From Nitrospirota bacterium (GTDB lineage Bacteria; Nitrospirota; UBA9217): a stretch of 64,000 nucleotides of DNA. The translations under genes and the position numbers were made by a program. Location: the NCBI GenBank assembly GCA_963845065.1, contig CAWJQQ010000001.1, positions 1,216,001 through 1,280,000 on the forward strand. Direction: 5' to 3'. Position 1 is the stretch's first letter. The number at the start of each line of letters is the position of its first letter. Below, in pieces: positions 36,637 to 45,483 of this stretch. The notes under the pieces are model-generated. The model was given only the letters and a program-made list of their open reading frames with translations, did not search any database and was not told the DNA's origin.

Positions 36637-37304
36637 ACCTCTCTGTTTCTCATATTGTTAAACAGTATAATGGCAAAGCTGCGCTTGACCACTGTTCCGT
36701 CTCCTTCATTCAGGGTGCCGTTTACACAATTATGGGACCAAATGGGTGCGGGAAGTCCACGCTCTTGAGAGCTTGTTCTCTTATCGAAACCGTTGATAGT
36801 GGAGAGATTACGTTTCGCAATAGTAATAATGATGCGGTACTCCCGCATGATCTCTCCCTCAGGCGCAGAATATGTCTGGTACTGCCCAAGATCGGCGTTT
36901 TCAATACTTCGGTCTTTAAGAACATAGCATACGGCCTTTACGTGCGGAGCCTGGACAAAAAGGTCATTTACCACAAGGTACAGGAAGCTCTCGATGCCGT
37001 AGGCTTGGCCCATAAGAGCAAGCAGAACGCTCTCACACTTTCGAGCGGTGAGACACAGCGGCTTGGAATTGCGCGGGCCATGGCCATTCAACCGGAAATT
37101 CTCTTTCTCGATGAGCCCACGGCATCCATTGATGAGGAGAATACACGCATAGTTGAGGACATCATAAGGAGACTGAAACAGTCGGGTAGGACAACGATCA
37201 TTATGGCAACTCACGACCGCGATCAGGCCTTGCGCTTGGCAGACGACATGATTTCAATGCGAAACGGTAAAATAGCGAGCATGAATCAAGAAATGTTTTC
37301 TTGA
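36627..37304 (+). CDS. tupC: Tungstate ABC transporter ATP-binding protein
   Basis: GPNGCGKST, LSSGE signature variant, LDEPTASID, ATHD; overlaps tupB. Confidence 0.8.
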   Translation: MGLNLSVSHIVKQYNGKAALDHCSVSFIQGAVYTIMGPNGCGKSTLLRACSLIETVDSGEITFRNSNNDAVLPHDLSLRRRICLVLPKIGVFNTSVFKNIAYGLYVRSLDKKVIYHKVQEALDAVGLAHKSKQNALTLSSGETQRLGIARAMAIQPEILFLDEPTASIDEENTRIVEDIIRRLKQSGRTTIIMATHDRDQALRLADDMISMRNGKIASMNQEMFS

Positions 37305-37361
37305 TCCTCAGTTCACCATAAGGAACAGTGTTTCATTCAATGACACTTGTGTCTCATGCCT

Positions 37362-37952
37362 ATGTCTAAAAAACCTGACCAAGTTATAATTCTCGCATCA
37401 AATTCGCCGAGGCGCCGCGAACTTCTGCACCAGATAGGACTTTCATTTGATACTGATCCGTCTAACGTCGATGAGCAAGTGATGGCCGGGGAGTCGCCGG
37501 AAAGTTATGCGGTCAGAGTAGCACTCGCTAAAGCACAGGCCACAGCAGGGCGGGTTGGACGGGGAATAATCATTGCGGCGGATACGATCGTTGTGCAGGG
37601 GGACCGTATATTGGGAAAGCCCGGTGACAGACATGACGCAGAACGAATGCTTTTGCTCCTGTCAGGCAGGATGCACATTGTAATTACCGGGCTGGCTATC
37701 ATCGATTCTGCCGAAGGCAAAACGGTGACCGGAGCATCGCTTACCCGCGTATGGTTTAGGGACCTTTCGAATGATGAAATAACGTCTTATATAAAGGGTG
37801 GCGAGCCGTTTGATAAAGCCGGCGCATATGGAATACAGGGAAAGGGTGCCCTATTTGTCACTAAGATAGAAGGCTGCTACTTCAATGTGGTAGGCCTTCC
37901 GCTCTCCCTCCTAGGAGAACTGCTTCGGAATTTCGGCATAAGGCTCCTTTAG
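37362..37952 (+). CDS. maf: Maf-family nucleoside triphosphate pyrophosphatase
   Basis: ILASNSPRRRELL, AADTIV, LGKP, DKAGAYGIQG, NVVGLP. Exact start uncertain (37356 or 37362). Confidence 0.93.
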   Translation: MSKKPDQVIILASNSPRRRELLHQIGLSFDTDPSNVDEQVMAGESPESYAVRVALAKAQATAGRVGRGIIIAADTIVVQGDRILGKPGDRHDAERMLLLLSGRMHIVITGLAIIDSAEGKTVTGASLTRVWFRDLSNDEITSYIKGGEPFDKAGAYGIQGKGALFVTKIEGCYFNVVGLPLSLLGELLRNFGIRLL

Positions 37953-38028
37953 CTGAATTGTTGCTACCGGATTGTGGTTTACCCATCTTTGGGGTTTGGT
38001 CCTATTTACGAAAAAAATCATGCTTTCC

Positions 38029-38057
38029 TTGACATCACCGGCTATACATCCTAAAAT
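38029..38057 (+). promoter_or_regulatory. sigma70-type promoter (TTGACA-17-TAAAAT) for the LuxR regulator
   Basis: TTGACA 38029-38034, TAAAAT 38052-38057. Confidence 0.7.
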
Positions 38058-38119
38058 ATAAGTATTAGGGAACGAGAGACAGTATCTAGAGACAGTATAT
38101 ATAGTACGGAGGTATACAA

Positions 38120-38764
38120 GTGCCAACTATTCAAATTATGATAGCAGATAATGATCAAGCGCAAATTGATGCTGTTTCCGCATCACTGACAAAACTGGGA
38201 GGTTTCGAAGTAATTTCAACTGTTACAGCAAGAGAAACTGCCATAAAACAGTTGTCAATTGCCCCTGATGTTATGATTCTCAATCCCGAGGTTCTGAGAG
38301 GGCACACACTTTCGCGCTTTATTCATTCGGTACAGGCAAAATCTCCCCATACGAGAGTTATCTATCTCCTGAGAAAACCATTGCCAGATGATGCCATCAT
38401 AGCAGATATGAAAACGGGCATCCGTGGGTATGTAAAAATTACCGATTCTCCGTCGACTCTCGCAAGGGCCATCCAATCGGTTCAGAGCGGAGAAATATGG
38501 GCGGAGCGCAGGATACTCGAAAAAGCCATAGCCAATCCCATGCTTTTGCCTGAAACGGTCCAATCACATGTCCCGGGACTTCCCCCACTGACGAACCGGG
38601 AGATGGAAGTACTGACCATGGTCCTCCAGGGTGCTTCCAACAGGGAAATAGCAGACAGGAGCAGCATCAGCGAACGTACGGTAAAGACACATCTTTACCG
38701 TGTGTACCGAAAACTGAACGTGAAAAGCAGAACCAAAGCTATTGCGCTTTTGTCACATTCGTAA
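38120..38764 (+). CDS. NarL/LuxR-family regulator with atypical receiver domain
   Basis: C-terminal LTNREMEVL…GASNREIA…ISERTVKTHLYRVYRKL; receiver-like N-terminus. GTG start after GGAGGT. Confidence 0.9.
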   Translation: MPTIQIMIADNDQAQIDAVSASLTKLGGFEVISTVTARETAIKQLSIAPDVMILNPEVLRGHTLSRFIHSVQAKSPHTRVIYLLRKPLPDDAIIADMKTGIRGYVKITDSPSTLARAIQSVQSGEIWAERRILEKAIANPMLLPETVQSHVPGLPPLTNREMEVLTMVLQGASNREIADRSSISERTVKTHLYRVYRKLNVKSRTKAIALLSHS

Positions 38765-38801
38765 ACTAAATGCAATTCCAACAAATAAGACTTTAGGTTG
38801 A

Positions 38802-38829
38802 TTGACAATCTCTTAATTGTTGGTAAGCT
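38802..38829 (+). promoter_or_regulatory. sigma70-type promoter (TTGACA-16-TAAGCT, extended TG) with no credible CDS downstream
   Basis: TTGACA 38802-38807, TGG-TAAGCT 38821-38829. Confidence 0.6.
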
Positions 38830-38835
38830 AAAACG

Positions 38836-39076
38836 AGTATTGCGCTGTTTGTCTCTTTCCGGAAGACTTGATGGCGATGCAACGCGACTTATACTTCTTC
38901 CCCCCCAGGAAACACAGTTTAGTCGCATGAGATTACCAGCCAGATATGCCACGGTCTATAAGGAAGCGGCACGACACACCTGAGAAAATTCATGCGACGA
39001 ACAGCGCAGTTTTGAAGGCGTCTCGATGATGCAGCCACGAGAGATTTCATCCATGGCATCGAGACGCCATTTTTTT
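38836..39076 (+). ncRNA. Candidate stand-alone structured small RNA, family unrecognised
   Basis: Own promoter; 13-bp closing stem TGCGCTGTTTGTC (38841-53)/GACGAACAGCGCA (38996-39008); internal helices; terminator. The next gene has a separate promoter. Confidence 0.55.
39017..39076 (+). terminator. Rho-independent terminator
   Basis: Perfect 12-bp stem GGCGTCTCGATG/CATCGAGACGCC followed by A and T7. Confidence 0.75.
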
Positions 39077-39099
39077 GACTATCCTGTTCCCGACGCTCC

Positions 39100-39128
39100 T
39101 TGACGAGCCAGTGGAATACCGGTATGAT
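39100..39128 (+). promoter_or_regulatory. sigma70-type promoter (TTGACG-17-TATGAT); -10 box 6 nt before ATG 39135
   Basis: TTGACG 39100-39105, TATGAT 39123-39128, then gaaatc ATG. Confidence 0.65.
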
Positions 39129-39134
39129 GAAATC

Positions 39135-40382
39135 ATGTATATATTTCTGCTCATTGCATATTTTGCTATTCTTTGCATTCGATACTGGCTCAGCTGGCTG
39201 AATAGAGCATACCTAAAGATGCATGGCCTGACTGTTCCGCCCGAGTTTCAGGGCATAATAGATCCGGAACTCCTAAAAAAAATTACCAATTATACATTGG
39301 AAAACAGCAGATTCGGGATAATCGAGTCCGTTATCTCCAACGTCCTCCTGATTGCTTTTCTCTTTGGTGGGATGCTCGGGTACTATGACCGCTGGGTGAG
39401 TTCCATCGCAGTCTCATTTATCGTACAAGGGATCATTTTTGCGCTGGTTCTATTCTACGTCGAAACGATTGTAGACATCCCTTTCAGCTTGTACCGGAAC
39501 TTTAGAATCGAAAACCGCTATGGCTTTAATACTATGACTATGCGTCTATGGGCCACAGACCTTCTTAAATCTGTTGCCATCGCAACTGCGATGAGTTGTG
39601 CGGTTGTCTTCGTCGCACTCGCTATTGTTCAAGCGAACCCTAACTGGTGGTGGTTGTGGGTGTGGGTATTTCTCCTGGCCTTCGGTATTTTTGTAATGTA
39701 CATTTCTCCGACAATCATCGAACCACTCTTTTTTAAATTCGAGTCCGTAAAAGCAGAAGGCCTGGAAGAGAGGATTCGTACACTTATGGAGAAGGCCGGA
39801 CTGAAAGTCAGCCGTGTCTTTCAAGTTGACGCTTCGCGTAGGAGCCGCCATTCAAACGCCTATTTTACCGGCATTGGCCGTGTGAAGCGCATTGTACTAT
39901 TCGATACACTCATCGAACAGATGTCACAAGACGAAATTCTGGCGGTCCTGGCCCATGAAGTCGGCCACTGGAAAAAGCGTCATGTGCTGAAAAGCATAAT
40001 CCTGAGCGAAACCATTGCATTCTGTGGTATGTTTTTAGCGTTTCATCTTATTTCGTGGGGCAACCTTCCTAACATGGTTAATCTTCAGCAGGCTTCTTTT
40101 TATGCGCGGGTGATAATCATTGGATTTATCGGTTCCCTTATTATGTTTCCCGTAACACCTTTTTTCAGCTACTTATCCCGAAGAAATGAACGTGAGGCGG
40201 ACCGTTTTGCCACCGAGCTTACTCATCATCCGGAACATCTCGCATCTTCTCTAGTAAAACTTTCACGGGAGAATCTTTCCAACCTCCATCCCCACCCGCT
40301 GTATGCCAAGATCTACTACTCCCATCCCCCTGTCGTAGAGAGGGTAAGACAACTACAAGACGCTGGAAAAGGCGAAAAGTAG
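39135..40382 (+). CDS. M48 family (Ste24-like) membrane zinc metallopeptidase
   Basis: IENRYGFN, DASRRSRHSNAYFTG, KRIVLFDTL, HEVGH, EREADRFA, YSHPPVVER. Start moved to ATG 39135. Confidence 0.93.
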   Translation: MYIFLLIAYFAILCIRYWLSWLNRAYLKMHGLTVPPEFQGIIDPELLKKITNYTLENSRFGIIESVISNVLLIAFLFGGMLGYYDRWVSSIAVSFIVQGIIFALVLFYVETIVDIPFSLYRNFRIENRYGFNTMTMRLWATDLLKSVAIATAMSCAVVFVALAIVQANPNWWWLWVWVFLLAFGIFVMYISPTIIEPLFFKFESVKAEGLEERIRTLMEKAGLKVSRVFQVDASRRSRHSNAYFTGIGRVKRIVLFDTLIEQMSQDEILAVLAHEVGHWKKRHVLKSIILSETIAFCGMFLAFHLISWGNLPNMVNLQQASFYARVIIIGFIGSLIMFPVTPFFSYLSRRNEREADRFATELTHHPEHLASSLVKLSRENLSNLHPHPLYAKIYYSHPPVVERVRQLQDAGKGEK

Positions 40383-40507
40383 GAAGTCGTCATGAAAAAC
40401 GGAAGACGTTTTCTACCGCATTTTACCGTTGAGTTCTACCGCCTGCTTCTCGATCCTTCCACACTTTCCCATTGACCGTTGTTGTATTCTTGTGCTATTT
40501 TTATGAC

Positions 40508-41815
40508 ATGAAGAAGCATTCTGGAAAAGCGCGACTTGAGCAGAAGGTTAAGCGGCTCTCCACGCTCATCGAAGTCAACGCTCTGATCAGTTCATCCCTT
40601 AATCTTGACCAGATCCTCGAAAACGTAATGACAATTTCCAAAAAGGTAATGAACGCGGATGCATCGAGCCTCATGTTGATCGACGAGAAGACAGATGAAC
40701 TTGTCTATGAGGTGGCCCTCGGGAAAGTAGGAGAAAAGCTCAAGCAACAGTTCAGGCTGAAGATGGGGCAAGGAATCGCGGGGACAGTCGCACAGGAAGG
40801 GAAACCTCTCCTGCTGGAGGATGCGTATAAACATCCAAAATTTTATCGGGCCCATGACGACGCAACGGGGTATCGTACAAAGTCGATGATCACGGTTCCG
40901 CTCAAGGTAGGAGATCGCATTACCGGGGTCGCTCAGGTGATCAACAGGCTTGATAATAGTCCCTTTGATGCAGACGATCTGGAGCTCTTTATTGCACTCT
41001 GCAGTCTGGCAGCCATTGCAATTGAGAACGCCAAGATGCATAAGAGCCTGATGGAGAAGCAGCGTTTTGTGAGAGACATGGAATTCGCCCGGACGGTGCA
41101 GGAAAGCTTCCTCCCTCAGAAAACACCGGAGATAAGAAACTTTAAATTCAGCACTCACTATACGCCTGCCCAGGAAGTAGGCGGTGATTTTTATGATTTT
41201 ATCAATTTCGACCAGGGTCGCGCGGGAATTGTGATAGGAGACGTTTCAGGCAAGGGCGTGCCAGCGGCGCTCTATATGGCGAAGCTGGGGAGCGATCTTC
41301 GAACGCTCGCTTTTACTGAAAAAGATCCAGCATCAGCGCTTGAGAAGTTGAATAATCTTCTTGCCGAACGGAGCAGGCGTGGTATGTTCGCCACACTTCT
41401 CTATATCGAGCTTGAATCCGAGAGCGGCAAGCTTACGATTTCGAATGCCGGCCATCTTCCGCCTATTGTTAAAAAATCAGACAATACGGTAACAACGCTT
41501 TCTACGGCAGGCGGATCTCCTCTTGGTATTCTAGCAGGGATGAAGTTTGGACAGGAAAAGGCAGCTCTTGATCCCGGTGATACCGTGGTTCTGTATACCG
41601 ACGGCATCATCGAAGCGATGAACGCCAAAGAGGAGCTATATGGATATAAACGGTTTGAAGCACTGATCGGAAAAAGCTCCACTGATCCAGATTCTCTCAA
41701 GTCAGCCATCATCGATGATGTTAACCGGTTTACCGGCCTGAGTCCCCAGCATGACGATATGACACTAGTCTGTTTTGGGCCTGTGAAATTAAAAATGATG
41801 TCTGAAGACAAATGA
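40508..41815 (+). CDS. GAF + SpoIIE/PP2C phosphatase (RsbU-like)
   Basis: GAF (GQGIAG…TGYRTKSMITVPL…QVINR…AAIAIENA); PP2C motifs VGGDFYD, IGDVSGKG, NAGH, YTDG, DDMT. Start taken at ATG 40508. Confidence 0.93.
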   Translation: MKKHSGKARLEQKVKRLSTLIEVNALISSSLNLDQILENVMTISKKVMNADASSLMLIDEKTDELVYEVALGKVGEKLKQQFRLKMGQGIAGTVAQEGKPLLLEDAYKHPKFYRAHDDATGYRTKSMITVPLKVGDRITGVAQVINRLDNSPFDADDLELFIALCSLAAIAIENAKMHKSLMEKQRFVRDMEFARTVQESFLPQKTPEIRNFKFSTHYTPAQEVGGDFYDFINFDQGRAGIVIGDVSGKGVPAALYMAKLGSDLRTLAFTEKDPASALEKLNNLLAERSRRGMFATLLYIELESESGKLTISNAGHLPPIVKKSDNTVTTLSTAGGSPLGILAGMKFGQEKAALDPGDTVVLYTDGIIEAMNAKEELYGYKRFEALIGKSSTDPDSLKSAIIDDVNRFTGLSPQHDDMTLVCFGPVKLKMMSEDK

Positions 41816-42261
41816 TGAAAAACAGAACAGAGACGAAAGCCGGACGAGGACGGGCAAAAGAAGTGGTATCACTCGTTGTGCCGAGTAATCCAAAGTATTT
41901 ATACGTTATCCGCAGTGCGATCTATCCTTTGGTGATGGAGGCGGGATTTACCAAACGGGATGCACAAAGAATTGTTTTAGCTGTGGACGAGGCTTGTTCA
42001 AATGTCATTAAATATGCCTACGAGGGCGACTATTCAAAGTCCTATTCATTGGATGTTACGATAGGAATGGGGAAACTCGTTGTCGAGCTCAAAGACTCGG
42101 GCAAAAAACCAGATGTTACGAAGATCGTTCCGAGGAAACTCGATGACGTAAGGCCTGGGGGGCTCGGCACGCACTTTATTGCCTCCGTGTTTGACTCGGT
42201 GAAGTATGATACGACCCACGAGGACTGTACCGTGCTAACCTTGGTGAAAGAGAAACAGTAG
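41812..42261 (+). CDS. RsbW/SpoIIAB-like Ser kinase (anti-sigma family)
   Basis: LAVDEACSNVIKYAY (N box), DSG, RPGGLG; overlaps the phosphatase stop. Confidence 0.9.
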   Translation: MMKNRTETKAGRGRAKEVVSLVVPSNPKYLYVIRSAIYPLVMEAGFTKRDAQRIVLAVDEACSNVIKYAYEGDYSKSYSLDVTIGMGKLVVELKDSGKKPDVTKIVPRKLDDVRPGGLGTHFIASVFDSVKYDTTHEDCTVLTLVKEKQ

Positions 42262-42279
42262 GCTTGTTATGAGGTCCCT

Positions 42280-42627
42280 ATGAAGGTAGAGATTGCATTG
42301 GAAAAGATCAACGCAGGCTTTCTGTTGAAGTTAAAAGGCGACGTGGATATGAGCACCTCTTCGGACGTAAGAAATGCTATGGCTCAGGTATTTAAGCAGG
42401 AATCGTCCGGTATGAAAGCTCTCCTCATTGACCTCTCGCAGGTACGGTATATGGACAGCTCCGGCATCGCAACCCTCATCGAAGGCATGCAGAATTGCAT
42501 GAAAAAGGGAGCACGGCTCAGGTTGTGCGAGTTGAGCCCCTCGGTCCGCGATGTCTTTGAATTGGCCCGACTGACGAGTATTTTCGAAATATATCCGACG
42601 ATCATCGAGGCATCAGCAGGATTATGA
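42280..42627 (+). CDS. STAS-domain protein (RsbV/SpoIIAA-like) with phosphorylatable Ser
   Basis: LKGDVD, IDLSQVRYMDSSGIATL, VRDVFELARL. Confidence 0.92.
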   Translation: MKVEIALEKINAGFLLKLKGDVDMSTSSDVRNAMAQVFKQESSGMKALLIDLSQVRYMDSSGIATLIEGMQNCMKKGARLRLCELSPSVRDVFELARLTSIFEIYPTIIEASAGL

Positions 42628-42739
42628 TTGAGCGTGGAATGTATAGTATTAATTTACTTATCATGCGGAGAATTGGAGAAGGGTGCTCTTTACACCGTTC
42701 TCTGATCGTTAAATTTCGAGCTGATATCCGGGGTATTGC

Positions 42740-43528
42740 GTGAAAAAAATTTTCGGTTATCTCGGCAGGACATTCATTACGTTCCTTCAGGATCTTTCAA
42801 GTGTTTACTACCTTTTTCAAGATACGGTTTTTCAAACCTTCATTCTCGTTACAAGTCGCAAAAAACTTAGACAGGCTAGATTGCTAACACACGTGGATGA
42901 GATCGGGACGCAGTCACTGCCACTCGTCCTTGCAGTTGCCTCCCTGTTGGGCATCGCAATGACGGTGTTGATTTCATTTCAACTCAAGGAAGTCGGCGGT
43001 TACAACTACATCCCTGGCTTGGTCGCGGTGGCAATTTTTCGGGAAATGGGCCCGCTAATCACTGCGCTCATTGTTACAGGACGGGTGGGCGCGGCATTCA
43101 CAGCCCGGATCGGGACCATGAAGGTCTCCGAAGAGATTCTGGCGCTCGAGACCATGGCGATCAACCCTGTGCGGTTCCTTGTGGTGCAACGTTTTATTGG
43201 ACTTTTATTTTCTCTCCCGGCGCTGACCATGCTCGCGAGCTTCACTGCCGTGTTTGGTGGTTTTCTGTTCGGTTCAACGCGACTCGGCATCCGGCCAGAC
43301 ACGTACGTGCGTGAAACTCTCGATGTGCTAACGTTTACCGACGTTTTCTCAGGCATTATAAAAGCACTGGTCTTTGCAGTGATAATTGTGATGATCGGCT
43401 GCTATAGGGGCCTCATTGTAGAAGGAGGGGCCGAAGACGTTGGTAAAGCGACGATGGTCTCCGTGGTCTCTTCGACTCTTGCGATTATTGTTTTCGACAC
43501 AGTCATGACTGGCGCGTTCTATGGATAA
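42740..43528 (+). CDS. mlaE: MlaE-family ABC permease
   Basis: REMGPLITALIVTGRVGAAFTARIGTMKVSEEILALETM, GGAEDVGKAT. Confidence 0.92.
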   Translation: MKKIFGYLGRTFITFLQDLSSVYYLFQDTVFQTFILVTSRKKLRQARLLTHVDEIGTQSLPLVLAVASLLGIAMTVLISFQLKEVGGYNYIPGLVAVAIFREMGPLITALIVTGRVGAAFTARIGTMKVSEEILALETMAINPVRFLVVQRFIGLLFSLPALTMLASFTAVFGGFLFGSTRLGIRPDTYVRETLDVLTFTDVFSGIIKALVFAVIIVMIGCYRGLIVEGGAEDVGKATMVSVVSSTLAIIVFDTVMTGAFYG

Positions 43529-43537
43529 CGGCAAGAT

Positions 43538-44323
43538 ATGATCAAGGCGCATGGCATTAGAAAAAACTACGGCAAGCATACCGTGCTGAACGGTACAGAT
43601 TTTACAGCCGAGCAAAAAAAAATCACCTATATACTGGGCACAAGCGGCGGTGGGAAAAGTACGTTATTGAAAATTCTTATCGGCGCTCTGAAGCCGGATT
43701 CGGGAAATGTAATCTTTGAAGATACGGACATTACAAAACTAGAAGGGAGCGAACTAGATCCTTTCCGGAAAAAGATCGGCATGTTGTTTCAACACGGTGC
43801 GCTCCTGAATTCGCTCACGGTGGGAGAGAATATTTCGCTCCCGATCCGGGAACATACGCCACTGGATGAGAATATCATTAAAATCATGGTGAAGATGAAA
43901 CTCGAGCTGGTGGGGCTTCGAGATTTTGAAGATCTCTATCCGGGCCAGCTTTCAGGAGGAATGCAAAAACGCGTTTCACTTGCACGGGCGCTTGCCCTCG
44001 ATCCTGAAGCGGTGTTTTTTGACGAACCTACTTCGGGCCTTGACCCTATCGTTGCAGCTGTGATTACAAAGCTCATAGCGGATTTGAACAGGGTACAGCG
44101 TATCACATGCATTGTCGTATCACATGCTGTTGAAGAAGCCATGAGGATAGCTGACAAGATTGTCATATTGTATTTAGGAAAAGTACTAGCACAGGGAACG
44201 CCGCAGGAGATCAAGTCAAGCTTAGATCCACTCGTTCAACAGTTCATAACCGGCAGTCCTGACGGGCCCATTTCATTTCATGCTTCAAGCAAGGAATTTC
44301 GAGAAGATCTTCTCGTTGAATAA
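43538..44323 (+). CDS. mlaF: MlaF-family ABC ATPase
   Basis: GTSGGGKST, GMLFQHGALLNSLTVGENI, LSGGMQKRVSLARALALDP, DEPTSGLDP. Confidence 0.92.
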   Translation: MIKAHGIRKNYGKHTVLNGTDFTAEQKKITYILGTSGGGKSTLLKILIGALKPDSGNVIFEDTDITKLEGSELDPFRKKIGMLFQHGALLNSLTVGENISLPIREHTPLDENIIKIMVKMKLELVGLRDFEDLYPGQLSGGMQKRVSLARALALDPEAVFFDEPTSGLDPIVAAVITKLIADLNRVQRITCIVVSHAVEEAMRIADKIVILYLGKVLAQGTPQEIKSSLDPLVQQFITGSPDGPISFHASSKEFREDLLVE

Positions 44324-44376
44324 GATATATACGGATTGCGGAATTAAATACTGATCACAAGTATGAGGACTTTACA

Positions 44377-45177
44377 ATGGATTATCGTCGCAATGAAATT
44401 AGGGCAGGCGTTTTTCTCCTGCTCTCATTCGCGATCCTGGTGGTGATGATCTTCGCAGTAAGCGATGTCCAGAGCCTTTTCAAGAAAAAGAAGGAAGTCA
44501 AAGTACTGTTTTTGGCCAGCGATGGGATTGAAAAGAACGCGCCGGTCCGTCTTTCCGGCCTTAAAGTCGGCAAGGTGACGAATATACGTGTGGCTCCCGA
44601 GTATGGCGATAAAATTGAGCTTACCCTGAGCGTGTTCAGCGACACTATCATCAAGCACGACACAAAGGCTTCAATTAAGACACAAGGACTGATTGGGGGG
44701 AAATATGTTGAATTAACCGGCGGTTCTTCGAAGTCGCCAGCGGTGGAGCCGGGCGGTTTTATCAAGGGAGAAGAGTCGTTTAAGGTGGAAGATCTGACCA
44801 AGATGGCATTTGATGTTGTCGCTAAACTCAAGCACATTGCAAACAATCTCAATACGATGCTCGGGGACCCGGCTCTCGCGAAGTCTCTTAAAACGACGAT
44901 TGCGAATCTCCAGGATGTCTCGTCTGATATCAAAGTCATGACATCGAGTAAAGAGGAAGTGGCGCAAGGTCTGAAGAACCTGCCCGAGCTTCTGAAAAAA
45001 TTGGATGCGAGCGCGGAAAGCCTAAAGGCCATTACCAATAAGAGCGATACCATCGTCACCGAGAATAAAAAGAACATCGATGCGGCAATGGTAAGTTTTA
45101 GGGAAATGGCGCAAAACCTGAAGGAAACAACGGATGATGTGAAGAGCCATCCGTGGAAGTTGCTGAGAAAGCCCTAA
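44377..45177 (+). CDS. mlaD: MlaD/Mce-domain protein with helical C-terminal extension
   Basis: N-terminal TM, DGIEKNAPVRLSGLKVGKV, SIKTQGLIGGKYVELTGG, helical tail ending HPWKLL. Confidence 0.9.
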   Translation: MDYRRNEIRAGVFLLLSFAILVVMIFAVSDVQSLFKKKKEVKVLFLASDGIEKNAPVRLSGLKVGKVTNIRVAPEYGDKIELTLSVFSDTIIKHDTKASIKTQGLIGGKYVELTGGSSKSPAVEPGGFIKGEESFKVEDLTKMAFDVVAKLKHIANNLNTMLGDPALAKSLKTTIANLQDVSSDIKVMTSSKEEVAQGLKNLPELLKKLDASAESLKAITNKSDTIVTENKKNIDAAMVSFREMAQNLKETTDDVKSHPWKLLRKP

Positions 45178-45483
45178 TAACTCCAGGTTTTAAAAAATTA
45201 TCATTAGAAACCACAGTCCAAAAGTTATGATGATTAATTCCTAAACTCGGATTTACCCTCAGAATTAGTTATAATTTACTTTTTTAGCTCCGATAACCGG
45301 AGGTAGCACTCTTTATGCTATATCGCAAAGTCAGTTAAATTTATGGGAAAAAAGTTGTATGAGACGGCAGAACCAGGACTCACGAGCTTTATCCAGATGA
45401 CCATTAATACCGTATATCATCAAAAATGAGAGGGAAAGGGCTCCAAACACGTTTCAATATATTCGGAGTGACAGGACGTTTGA

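Noticed and set aside
38947..38971. SRP (4.5S) RNA call from GCCACGGTCTATAAGGAAGCGGC
   Set aside because: It lacks the GNRA tetraloop and the exact CAGG/AGCA symmetric loop that are nearly invariant in SRP helix 8.
38798..38983. 61-aa TTG-start ORF over the candidate RNA
   Set aside because: Its start lies upstream of the -35 box, it has no convincing RBS and no recognisable features; RNA structure explains the region better.
34042..40382. ICMT-like and Ste24-like genes as a bacterial CAAX-processing pathway
   Set aside because: They are separated by four unrelated genes and have separate promoters; both families are widespread, and no prenyltransferase or CAAX substrate is evident.
45299..45429. 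GGAGGT RBS with a 7-codon ORF and a following 28-codon ORF upstream of hisS
   Set aside because: No His-rich leader peptide, terminator or homology is evident; it may be a decayed gene but I cannot support that.
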